Assembly: GCA_031414955.1 (NCBI GenBank)
Contig: JANOQV010000033.1
Location: 1-30,655 of the forward strand
Reading direction: 5' to 3'
Source of the DNA: Pedosphaera sp.
GTDB taxonomy: Bacteria > Verrucomicrobiota > Verrucomicrobiia > Limisphaerales > SIBH01
DNA length: 30,655 nucleotides
Part shown: positions 8,612 through 16,895 of the stretch, piece by piece
How positions within the stretch are numbered: the stretch's first letter is position 1
Layout of the letters: each line of letters starts with the position of its first letter
Position numbers and translations under genes: made by a program
The notes under the pieces: generated by a model
The model's input: only the letters and a program-made list of their open reading frames with translations
What the model was told of the DNA's origin: nothing
Database searches by the model: none

Positions 8612-8737
8612 TGGCCGACCTTGTCGATCATCGTGGTGAGATTCCCGTTGGCGTCAAAGATGTTGCTGACAGAGTTGCCGAGCGGGTCGCTCGCGGCGGC
8701 GAGATGATTAGCCGCGTCGCAGAAATAGCCGGTGGTG
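8612..8737 (-). pseudogene. Rhs/YD-repeat gene fragment
   Basis: TTGYFCDAANHLAAASDPLGNSVSNIFDANGNLTTMIDKVGQ is two degenerate YD repeats; the flanking sequence is not Rhs-like. Confidence 0.6.
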
Positions 8738-8853
8738 TGCCGAGGGCGTTGGTCGTGCGGTCCAGCTTGGACCAGCGCCATTATCTGGTTCGGCTGCGGG
8801 CTTCCGCACTAAAGCTTGAACTCCAATCGGCCTGCGCTTAACTCACGGCCCTG

Positions 8854-9921
8854 ATGAAACAGAAGGCTTACGCGCGCGCGGGTGTAGACATCGATCTCGG
8901 CAACAAGGTCAAGGCCACCTTGCCGCAACTGCTCGCCTCGACGCATCGGCGCGAGGTGCTGGGCAAGGTCGGCGGCTTTGGCGGTCTGTTCGCGCTCGAC
9001 GTGAAGCGTTATCGCGAGCCGGTGCTCGTCTCCAGCGTCGATGGCGTGGGCACCAAGCTGAAGATCGCCTTCGCCATGGATCGCCATGACACCATCGGGC
9101 AGGACTTGGTGAATCATTGCGTGAATGACATCGCGGTGCTCGGAGCGGAGCCGCTGTTCTTCCTCGATTACCTCGGCACCGGAAAGCTGGAGCCAAAAGT
9201 GTTCACCGACATCGTGAAGGGCTTTGCCAAGGCGTGCTCGGAGAACAACTGCTCGCTCATCGGTGGCGAGACGGCGCAGATGCCGGGCTTTTACCAGAAG
9301 GGCGAATACGACGTGAGCGGGACCATCGTGGGCGTGGTCGAGAAGTCGAAGATGCTCAACGGCCAGAAGACCATCCGCCGCAGCGACATCGTGATCGGCA
9401 TCGAGTCCAGCGGACTGCACACCAACGGTTATTCGCTCGGGCGGAAGATTTTTTTCGAGCAGTTGAAAATGAAGCCGAAGACGCGCGTGCCGGAGTTGAA
9501 GAACACCATTGGCGACGAGTTGCTTAAGGTTCACGTCAGCTACGGCCCGCTCGTGCAGAAGCTTTTGAAACGCTTCAACCCGAAACCCGAAGCCCGAAAC
9601 TCAGGCAACGCCGTTCGCGCCCTCGCCCACATCACCGGCGGCGGCTTCATCGACAACATCCCGCGCGTGCTGCCGAGAAACTGCGACGTGGTCATGCGCA
9701 AAGGCTCCTGGGACATGCTGCCAATTTTCAAAATCATCGAAGAGAAGAGCGGGGTGCCGGACAACGAGCTTTACCAGGTCTTCAACATGGGCATCGGCAT
9801 GGTGGTGGTGGTGGCCAACGAGCGGGCCAACGACGCGCTCAATTTCATCAAGGCCAATGGCCACAAGGCTTGGACCATCGGCGAGGTCGTGCCCGGCTCT
9901 GGCCAGTCGCGTGTGGAATAG
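8854..9921 (+). CDS. purM: Phosphoribosylformylglycinamidine cyclo-ligase (AIR synthetase)
   Basis: YARAGVDID, GGFGGLF, DGVGTKLK, GGETAQMPG, SSGLHTNGYS, HITGGG and FNMGIG motifs. Confidence 0.98.
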   Translation: MKQKAYARAGVDIDLGNKVKATLPQLLASTHRREVLGKVGGFGGLFALDVKRYREPVLVSSVDGVGTKLKIAFAMDRHDTIGQDLVNHCVNDIAVLGAEPLFFLDYLGTGKLEPKVFTDIVKGFAKACSENNCSLIGGETAQMPGFYQKGEYDVSGTIVGVVEKSKMLNGQKTIRRSDIVIGIESSGLHTNGYSLGRKIFFEQLKMKPKTRVPELKNTIGDELLKVHVSYGPLVQKLLKRFNPKPEARNSGNAVRALAHITGGGFIDNIPRVLPRNCDVVMRKGSWDMLPIFKIIEEKSGVPDNELYQVFNMGIGMVVVVANERANDALNFIKANGHKAWTIGEVVPGSGQSRVE

Positions 9922-9931
9922 AGGAGAACCC

Positions 9932-10399
9932 GTGAGTGGTGAAGCACAACCGCCCGGGGGCAACAGCGGCTTCTTTCGCATCGCCGGCGCGGGCAGTGCG
10001 CTCGCCTTCGGTGCGATGGTCGCGTCGCTCTTTGCCCTCGACCACGGCCCTTCCGGCTTTTCGTTTCGGCTCAACGCGCCGACCATCATCGCCTTCGTGG
10101 TCGCCGCTGCCGCTGGCTGGTATTACTGGAAGCTGGTCGCGCGCATGGCGACGGATAAGGCGCCGGCTCAACGCCGCAAGAAGTTCATCGTCTTCTCCGT
10201 GGGCCTGGTGCTGGTGGGGGCCGTCGGGTTCTTCTACCCGATGAAATTCATCCCGCCCGAAAAGCGCAAAGATGTCTTCATCGGCCTGGCCCTGGCTTTC
10301 GGCGTCCTGTCCGGTGTCGCTTTGGTGATGCGCAAGGTGATCAAATTTCTCGATTCGGATCTGAAGAAGTCCGAGCAGGAGGATCAACCGCCGCACTAG
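9932..10399 (+). CDS. Hypothetical integral membrane protein (~4 TM)
   Basis: GTG 9932 preceded by GAGGAG, immediately after purM; four hydrophobic segments. Confidence 0.8.
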   Translation: MSGEAQPPGGNSGFFRIAGAGSALAFGAMVASLFALDHGPSGFSFRLNAPTIIAFVVAAAAGWYYWKLVARMATDKAPAQRRKKFIVFSVGLVLVGAVGFFYPMKFIPPEKRKDVFIGLALAFGVLSGVALVMRKVIKFLDSDLKKSEQEDQPPH

Positions 10400-10548
10400 C
10401 TGGCGAGTCCTGTCGTGCTTGCTTGGTCCCTTCGGGCGGACTGGTGCTAGCGGCTGTTCCAAACGAGAGTCCACGAAGCGGGCGGGTTGGTCATTTTGCG
10501 AGCGCCAGCAAAGTCCGGGTCCTTGGGTCACGATCAATTGTCTGCGCC

Positions 10549-12510
10549 ATGAATAGAGAGCCTAGCAGTGGAAAAATGGATGCGTTGCCGGCGGAGGTGG
10601 ACACAATGAAGCCCTTGCCGGTTCGTTTCCGTCGTGATCCTGCTGACCTGGCCAGGATTGATCCTGAACGCGGGACCATGCGGTCTAAACATCCCAAGGC
10701 CTATTATTTGGATGGGCTGACGGCGATCTTTCAATCAGGGGTGTCCTTTCCCGGTCCACTTAGGGTGGAGCAAAAGTTTTCGAGTGCGGAGGTGGTCTTG
10801 CTGAATCCGGGGCCGAACACCGTCGAGGTCCTGGGGATCCTGGACCGTTTTCCGGCGCTTAAGTGTTTGCACATCATCGAGTCTTGCGAGAAGAACCTTG
10901 ATGCGATCCGTTCCGGGCTTCAGAAGGAGGATGGAGGCCGGTGGCTCCCGGAGTTGGCGGGTTACGTAACGGATATCTGTCATCTGCCCGAAGAACTGGC
11001 CGGCCTCTGCGACTTGGTGGTGGAGATTAGCGTCGTGGATCCGAAGGCCGACAAGTTGTTCCGTCAGGATGCCGTCCACCAGATCAGCCAGGTCCTTAAG
11101 ACCGGCGGGCTTTTCTATTCCGCCGGAGTGACGGTCCGCTGGACGGACAGGGTCATTCCCCTCAGCCTGGTTCGTGTTCCCATCCGGACGAAGAGTCTCA
11201 CTCGTGCCGGCTATTCCGATGCCTTGCCCCGGCCGGTATTTTATCTGAAGCACTCACCCGATGGGCCCATCGTGATGCCAGCAGCAGGGAGCTGGCGCAG
11301 TTGGTGGAGGAAGGGGCTGGCGTTGGTCGGTCAAGGATCTAAGGAGAGCGTGATGGTCGAGGCCCCTCTTGTGCCTCGCGTCGAAGATGGGCGAGGCGAA
11401 CCCAACACGGCCCCTTGGGATTTTCTTATCACGAAACCGGCGGTCCGGCGGCCGGCGATGGATTGGACGCCCAAAGACGGCGACCGTTTTGGGAATCTGA
11501 AGCTGGGATCACTTCTGCAATTTAATCGCGAAACCGGCATGTACGTGTTTCGGGTCCTGGAATGTCCGGAGGTCGTGCTCAAGATCATGAAGCCGTTCGA
11601 GGGGGATATCCCCGATGATCCTTTGGAGTGGGACAGTCTTCGTAAGAGTAAAACTCTGAAGCGCGAGAACCAGGCCTTGAAGCTGTTGAAAGGGCTCGGG
11701 TTCATTCCCCAGCGGATCGCCCACGGATATGATCCGGCCACGGGATGGTACGCCATCGTCGTCGAGTATGAGCAGAGCCGCTCGCTCAGGAATTTTATCG
11801 ATCGGCATTACAACCGGCTGTCCCGGCGGCATGAAACCTCCGCTGATGTCGAGAGCGCCCTGGAGCCGGTGCTGCTGATCCTTAACTCGCTGGCCATCGT
11901 CCACGGCCTCGGGTTGGTGCATCAGGATCTCAAGCCCGAACATGTCTTTCTACGGCCGGCTTCCCCCGAGGCGGTCCTGATCGACTGGGGGTTGGCCCGC
12001 AAGATCGATGAACCGCTCTCCGAGGAAAGCCGGAGCATTTCCTGGCTCCACGCGCCACCGGAGCGGGCGGATATTAACATCCTCACTTCCGCCGGGGTGC
12101 ATCAGGATTTGTATGCCGTCGGCGTCATACTGCTGCAACTGGCGTCTGACTTGGACCTGAACGAGCGCCCCCGCTTGCTGATTGACCATTTCTTCAGGCA
12201 TGGCCACATGCCATCGGCCGCCGGGCTGGAGTCGATGTTGCGTCCGCATTGGAAATGGGCCGCCCCGGTCATCGCCCGGGCCATCAGTTCGAGGAAGGAC
12301 GTACCCGGCTACGCCGATAACCGCTACACGAGCGCCCGGGACATGGCCCGGGATATTGTGCATGGCTACGGAAAACCGCTGGCTTCGTTAGGGTCGGAGA
12401 AATTCTCCACCATTCCCGGCACTGAAGAAGATAAGAAATCCTGCGGGCATCCTCGGTCTCTCCACGCCGGAACCATCGGACCAGTCAGCCCGGAAGAACC
12501 CGCGTCATGA
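10549..12510 (+). CDS. Class I SAM-methyltransferase-like domain fused to a Hanks-type Ser/Thr kinase domain
   Basis: C-terminal kinase motifs VLKIMK, RENQALK, HQDLKPEHV, LIDWGLA, APPE and DLYAVG. N-terminal Rossmann-MTase-like pattern VVLLNPGP / HIIES / TDICHLP / CDLVV / VLKTGGLFY. Start uncertain. Confidence 0.8.
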   Translation: MNREPSSGKMDALPAEVDTMKPLPVRFRRDPADLARIDPERGTMRSKHPKAYYLDGLTAIFQSGVSFPGPLRVEQKFSSAEVVLLNPGPNTVEVLGILDRFPALKCLHIIESCEKNLDAIRSGLQKEDGGRWLPELAGYVTDICHLPEELAGLCDLVVEISVVDPKADKLFRQDAVHQISQVLKTGGLFYSAGVTVRWTDRVIPLSLVRVPIRTKSLTRAGYSDALPRPVFYLKHSPDGPIVMPAAGSWRSWWRKGLALVGQGSKESVMVEAPLVPRVEDGRGEPNTAPWDFLITKPAVRRPAMDWTPKDGDRFGNLKLGSLLQFNRETGMYVFRVLECPEVVLKIMKPFEGDIPDDPLEWDSLRKSKTLKRENQALKLLKGLGFIPQRIAHGYDPATGWYAIVVEYEQSRSLRNFIDRHYNRLSRRHETSADVESALEPVLLILNSLAIVHGLGLVHQDLKPEHVFLRPASPEAVLIDWGLARKIDEPLSEESRSISWLHAPPERADINILTSAGVHQDLYAVGVILLQLASDLDLNERPRLLIDHFFRHGHMPSAAGLESMLRPHWKWAAPVIARAISSRKDVPGYADNRYTSARDMARDIVHGYGKPLASLGSEKFSTIPGTEEDKKSCGHPRSLHAGTIGPVSPEEPAS

Positions 12511-12579
12511 CCCGGGTCGGCAGAAGTACAAACAGGCCACCGGTTCATCGATGCGGGCCTTTTGCCGTTAACACGATCG

Positions 12580-13059
12580 ATGAGATTCTCCTGGAAAGCG
12601 ATCCTGCTGGCACCGTCGGCGGTGGCTTTGCTGGTGGGATTGGTGTTTGCTGTTGGGACGGGCGGACAACCGGTTTTCACGTTCCTTTTCTTCGCCAGTT
12701 TGGCGCTGCCTTTTTCGTATGGCGCGAGTCTTTTCATGTTTCTGCCGTGCCTCTTCCTGGTTTCACGGTTCGCGGTGCTGAAGGCGTGGCATGTAGGCTT
12801 CATGGGAACGGTATTGGGTCTAGTCACATACCTTCCGGTGGGCTGGATTTCTTACGGGGCCAGCGGGGACAACTCAGGACCTCCGGCGGAATCGTTTGTG
12901 GAATATCTGCTCAGGCAAGGCCCGGCGGAGGGGTGGCTGTTTCCAGTGAGCGGACTGATCACGGCGCTGCTTTATTGGTTCCTGTCCCGGCCGCGAAATC
13001 TCATGAATCCCATCAAGCCTGCTCTGGAACTGTCCGTCTCCTCAGCTCGGGGCCAATAA
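12580..13059 (+). CDS. Hypothetical integral membrane protein (~4 TM)
   Basis: Strongly hydrophobic ORF between the kinase gene and purD. Confidence 0.7.
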   Translation: MRFSWKAILLAPSAVALLVGLVFAVGTGGQPVFTFLFFASLALPFSYGASLFMFLPCLFLVSRFAVLKAWHVGFMGTVLGLVTYLPVGWISYGASGDNSGPPAESFVEYLLRQGPAEGWLFPVSGLITALLYWFLSRPRNLMNPIKPALELSVSSARGQ

Positions 13060-13101
13060 GTACTTTCCTGTAAACACCGGCCTGCTTCAATCCGCGCCTT
13101 C

Positions 13102-14391
13102 ATGAAATTGCTGGTCATTGGTTCGGGCGGACGCGAGCACGCGCTGGTTTGGAAACTGGCGCAGTCGCCGCATGTCACGCAGATGTGGTGCGCGCCGGGC
13201 AACGCGGGCATCGGACTCGAACGTCTGGTCAAAAACGGCGCGATGGTCGAGTGCGTGAACATCGGCGCGGAGGATTTGCCGAAGCTGCTGGCCTTCGCCC
13301 AGGAGAAGAAGGCCGAACTCACCGTGGTTGGTCCCGACAATCCGCTCGCGCTGGGCATCGTGGATTTGTTTCAGCAGCACGGCCTTCGCATCTGGGGCTG
13401 CAACCAGCGCGCCTCGCAGTTCGAATCCTCGAAAGTCTTCGCCCAGAACTTCATGGAGAAATACGGCATTCCCACAGCGGCGGCGGGAACCTTCTCCGAT
13501 GTCGCCGCCGCGAAGAAGTTCACCGCCACGCTGGGCGGTCGGTGCGTGGTCAAGGCCGATGGTCTGGCGCTGGGTAAGGGCGTGCTGATGTGCTCCAGCC
13601 AGACCGAGGCGGAGAAGGCCGTGGATGAAATCATGGTCAGCAAGGCCTTTGGTGCGGCCGGCTCCCGCGTGGTCATCCAGGAATTCCTCGAAGGCATCGA
13701 GGTGTCACTGCACGCGCTCTGCGATGGCCAGACGGCGAAACTGTTTCCCACCTCGCAGGACCACAAGCGGGCCTTGGATGGCGACGCCGGCCTGAACACC
13801 GGCGGCATGGGCACCTACTCGCCCACCCCGTTCCTGACTGACACGCAACTCGCCGACACGGGCCGCGCGATTCTCGATCCCTGGTTGCATGGCTGCGCGG
13901 CGGAGGGCATTGATTTTCGCGGGATTCTTTATCCTGGTGTCATGCTGACCAAGGCCGGCCCCAAGGTGCTGGAGTTCAACGCGCGCTTCGGTGACCCGGA
14001 GACGCAGGTCTATCTCACACGTTTGGAAAGCGATCTCGTGGAACTGCTCGACGCGAGCGTGAACGGCACATTGGCGAGCGTGGAAATGAAGTGGAGTCCG
14101 CAAGCCAGCGTTTGTGTGGTGATGGCCAGCGGCGGATATCCCGGCAGCTATGCCAAGGGCAAAGCCATCACCGGACTCGACGCTGCGAATGCGCTGCCGC
14201 AGACGAAAGTCTTCCACGCCGGCACCGCCCGGGCAGGGGAACAAATCGTGACGAACGGCGGCCGCGTGCTGGGCGTCACGGCGCTGGGCCAGGATGTGAA
14301 AGCCGCGCAAGCCGCCGCCTATGCCGCCGTGGAACGGGTTCATTTCGAGGGCGCGCACTTCCGCCGTGACATCGCGGTGAAGGCATTTTAA
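13102..14391 (+). CDS. purD: Phosphoribosylamine-glycine ligase
   Basis: MKLLVIGSGGREHAL, APGNAG, KADGLALGKGV, QDHKR, NTGGMG, EFNARFGDPETQ and TNGGRVLGV motifs. Confidence 0.98.
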   Translation: MKLLVIGSGGREHALVWKLAQSPHVTQMWCAPGNAGIGLERLVKNGAMVECVNIGAEDLPKLLAFAQEKKAELTVVGPDNPLALGIVDLFQQHGLRIWGCNQRASQFESSKVFAQNFMEKYGIPTAAAGTFSDVAAAKKFTATLGGRCVVKADGLALGKGVLMCSSQTEAEKAVDEIMVSKAFGAAGSRVVIQEFLEGIEVSLHALCDGQTAKLFPTSQDHKRALDGDAGLNTGGMGTYSPTPFLTDTQLADTGRAILDPWLHGCAAEGIDFRGILYPGVMLTKAGPKVLEFNARFGDPETQVYLTRLESDLVELLDASVNGTLASVEMKWSPQASVCVVMASGGYPGSYAKGKAITGLDAANALPQTKVFHAGTARAGEQIVTNGGRVLGVTALGQDVKAAQAAAYAAVERVHFEGAHFRRDIAVKAF

Positions 14392-14652
14392 CCGCGGGCG
14401 GAATCTGAGTTCGCATTGCCGGCGGGTCTTACTGGCTGGAAGTTCTTCACCGTATGGTGGGCCGGAGCACCGACTCACGGGACGCCTCCGCCCTCCCGCG
14501 TGGCCCGAACTGTCCGCTCTTCAATTCGCAGTGCGGTTGCAGGGTGGCCGTGGCCGCCTCTTCTGATCCGAGACTGGAGGGCGTTCCGATGCGCTCGGGC
14601 CTATGCTCGATTTTCTCATTGTGCCCGCGCTGCTTCCTGCTGAAATCCAGAC

Positions 14653-15126
14653 ATGCAATCGCATGAAATCCTGCGCGAGGTTTTTGACAAAACCAGTCCC
14701 AAGGAAATTTCCGCGGCCCTGGACCTGTCGCTCTCGCTCGTTTACAAATGGGCGGAACCACCCCAACCGGACGGACCGCCGACAGGCAACCCCCTCGAAC
14801 GCGTGTCGGCGCTCTACCGCTGCACCGAGGACGAGCGCATGCTCCAGTGGCTTTGCCAGCAGGCCGGCGGATTTTTTATCCGCAATCCCAAGACTCATCA
14901 GGCCCATCCCGAATTTCTCAGCCCGGCCACCAACCAGATCGTGCAGGAGTTCGCCGACTTGCTGGCCGTGATCGCCAGCGCCGCCGCTGACAACCACATC
15001 AGCCCCAAGGAAGCCAAGACCATCCGCGCGCGCTGGGAGGAATTGAAGTCGGTGACGGAGACTTTTGTGGCTTGTTGTGAACATGGCAACTTCACTCCTT
15101 TGAAGGCCAAAGTCCCGCCCCATTGA
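14653..15126 (+). CDS. Phage regulatory protein CII-like family protein (solo HTH regulator)
   Basis: HTH-like KEISAALDLSLSLVYKWAEP, NPLERV, WLCQQAGGFF and C-terminal AAADNHISPKEAKTIR, as in phage 186 CII/CP76-like proteins. Confidence 0.7.
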   Translation: MQSHEILREVFDKTSPKEISAALDLSLSLVYKWAEPPQPDGPPTGNPLERVSALYRCTEDERMLQWLCQQAGGFFIRNPKTHQAHPEFLSPATNQIVQEFADLLAVIASAAADNHISPKEAKTIRARWEELKSVTETFVACCEHGNFTPLKAKVPPH

Positions 15127-15143
15127 TTTCGCCGCGCCCTCGC

Positions 15144-15716
15144 TCACCCCGGCTGGGTCCAGTCGCAAGCCGGGCATTGGTTGCGGCCCACCACCAGCGG
15201 TTTCTCGCACCGCACGCACAACGCGCCGCTCAAGGGCGCGGAGGATTTTGCCAGCGCCGCCCCCTCCAGCATGCTCCCCGCGAAGGAGCCATCCGGCAGC
15301 CGCCGGGCGAAGCCGTGGTAGCGCGTGCCCTGATGGACGAGTTCTCCGTGGTCGCCCTCCAGGAGCAGGCCGGCCTCGTCATTCGAAAGTTGAAACTCCA
15401 CGCGCTCGCCGTTCGCCAGTTCGAAGGTGGCGTAATATTGAGTGGAGGTGCTGGTAGAGACGCTTCCGTGCGCAGGATGGTGATCGCCATGATGATGATG
15501 ATGATGTCCGCTCGTGGAGGAACTGACGGACAGGTTGGTGCGACGGGCCACGATCCTGGCCGGCACGCGCAACACCGGCCGGGCGTTGTTGCGGCTCCAC
15601 TCGCTCAACCCCTTCAGGACCACGAAGAGAATTGCGCCGACGCCGACCACCACGATGGCCATGAAGACCGCGATGATGGACTCATCGCCACTGTTCCCTC
15701 CAAATCCAAGCATCAT
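15144..15716 (-). CDS. DUF2500-like membrane-anchored protein with His-rich insert and C-terminal zinc ribbon
   Basis: TM helix, WSRNNARPVLRVPARIVARR, TQYYATFELANGERVEF...GDHGELVHQGTRYHGF. Insert GHHHHHGDHHPAH; tail CVRC...CPAC. Confidence 0.8.
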   Translation of the reverse strand: MMLGFGGNSGDESIIAVFMAIVVVGVGAILFVVLKGLSEWSRNNARPVLRVPARIVARRTNLSVSSSTSGHHHHHHGDHHPAHGSVSTSTSTQYYATFELANGERVEFQLSNDEAGLLLEGDHGELVHQGTRYHGFARRLPDGSFAGSMLEGAALAKSSAPLSGALCVRCEKPLVVGRNQCPACDWTQPG

Positions 15717-15754
15717 GGCTTCCTCAAGATTTCCTTTTCAATTGATCCAGTTCT

Positions 15755-15979
15755 TCACGCCGTCGTCTTCCGCCCCGCCAGCAGGTAGATGAGCGCGCCG
15801 AGGGCATGGGTGAACACGATGACCAGCGTCCACACGATGCGCTCGTTGTCGCTGAGGCGCTTGCTGCGCAAGCAGTCGATGAGCATCCAGACCCAGAAGG
15901 CGAACAGCAGCAGGCTGAACACGCCAGCCACTCCGAGCAGGAGCAGCACTTCCCAACCGCCTAATCCGATGGCCAACAT
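15755..15979 (-). CDS. Small membrane protein, PLDc N-terminal domain type
   Basis: FWVWMLIDCL...NERIVWTLVIVFTHALGALIYLLAGR. Confidence 0.85.
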   Translation of the reverse strand: MLAIGLGGWEVLLLLGVAGVFSLLLFAFWVWMLIDCLRSKRLSDNERIVWTLVIVFTHALGALIYLLAGRKTTA

Positions 15980-16034
15980 ACGTTAATCCTTTCGTTCAAT
16001 GAGTGTGGTTCTCCGGCACGCTTGCCCATCCGAC

Positions 16035-16389
16035 TCATATCTTGGGCTTGGCTTGCGCCTCGCGAACGCCTTCGACGACCCCCTGCGCGACGGCTTTGGA
16101 AATGGTCTTCACGCCTTCCTGAGTGTGCTCCGCGAGGTGGTTCACGGTGTCCGCCGCCACGGGTGGCGGGGCATCAGTTCGAGTGCTTGGTGCTTCATGG
16201 TTGGGGGGCAAGCCTTTCACGTTGGAGTCGCTGGCCTTCCCACCTTGTTCCTCGCCTCTCATGGTTCCGGGCCGGGACTCGCTCCTCCAGTGGCTCGAAT
16301 CTGATTCCGCCAAACACGACCGTCGGGCCGGCGCTGGCGATGGTGAACAGAAGGCCGAAGCAAATGACGCCAGCATTGATGTGATCCAT
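16035..16389 (-). CDS. Hypothetical protein(s), reading frame ambiguous
   Basis: Two overlapping minus-strand frames. 16195-16389 has a hydrophobic N-terminus after an AT-rich leader; the frame ending at 16035 has an amphipathic, protein-like C-terminus. Confidence 0.35.
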
Positions 16390-16704
16390 AAAATGAGTTC
16401 GCGTTTGTTGGGCCAGTTAAAGCCCGCTGAAAAGCTCCAGCAAGAGGGAAAGCAATTCGCCCAGGAGGTCAACCGCCAGTTCAACGGCGAAGCCCCATCC
16501 TGAGTTTCGATGACGGTGCTTATTCATCGCTCAAGGGCGGCAAAATTTTCCGGTGCGCGCTGCCAGCAGGTCCGCGCCGACCGCCCAGATCCGGCGCAAG
16601 GGAACGAGCAAAATCTCTGGTGCCCGCAGCGTCCAGTCCGACCTGCCAAAATCTCGATCCGTGCGGCACAGCCGGCGCGGGTGGTTGGATTTTGTTTTCA
16701 TGCA

Positions 16705-16795
16705 CGGACATCAAAACCCGATGTCCGCGCGCTGGCATTTGGAAATTCGAGGTGCGTTTCCAGAACAACAGCGGCGCGCGGACAGCCTGTTCGCC
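16705..16795. repeat. Cluster of intergenic inverted repeats (REP-like)
   Basis: CGGACATC/GATGTCCG (16705-16727), TGTCCGCGCGC/GCGCGCGGACA (16722-16732 and 16774-16784) and a GCGGACAG-C-CTGTTCGC hairpin. Confidence 0.5.
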
Positions 16796-16895
16796 TGGAT
16801 CAGGATTCGTGCGCTCGCCCGAGGCGTTCGCGTTCGGCGGTGCGACGGGCCGACAAAACATTTCAGGATCGGACTCGATTTGCTCTAATGCCGCC

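Noticed and set aside
12510..13100. Integron cassette (attC) around the small membrane gene
   Set aside because: No convincing RYYYAAC...GTTRRRY pair with an internal palindrome.
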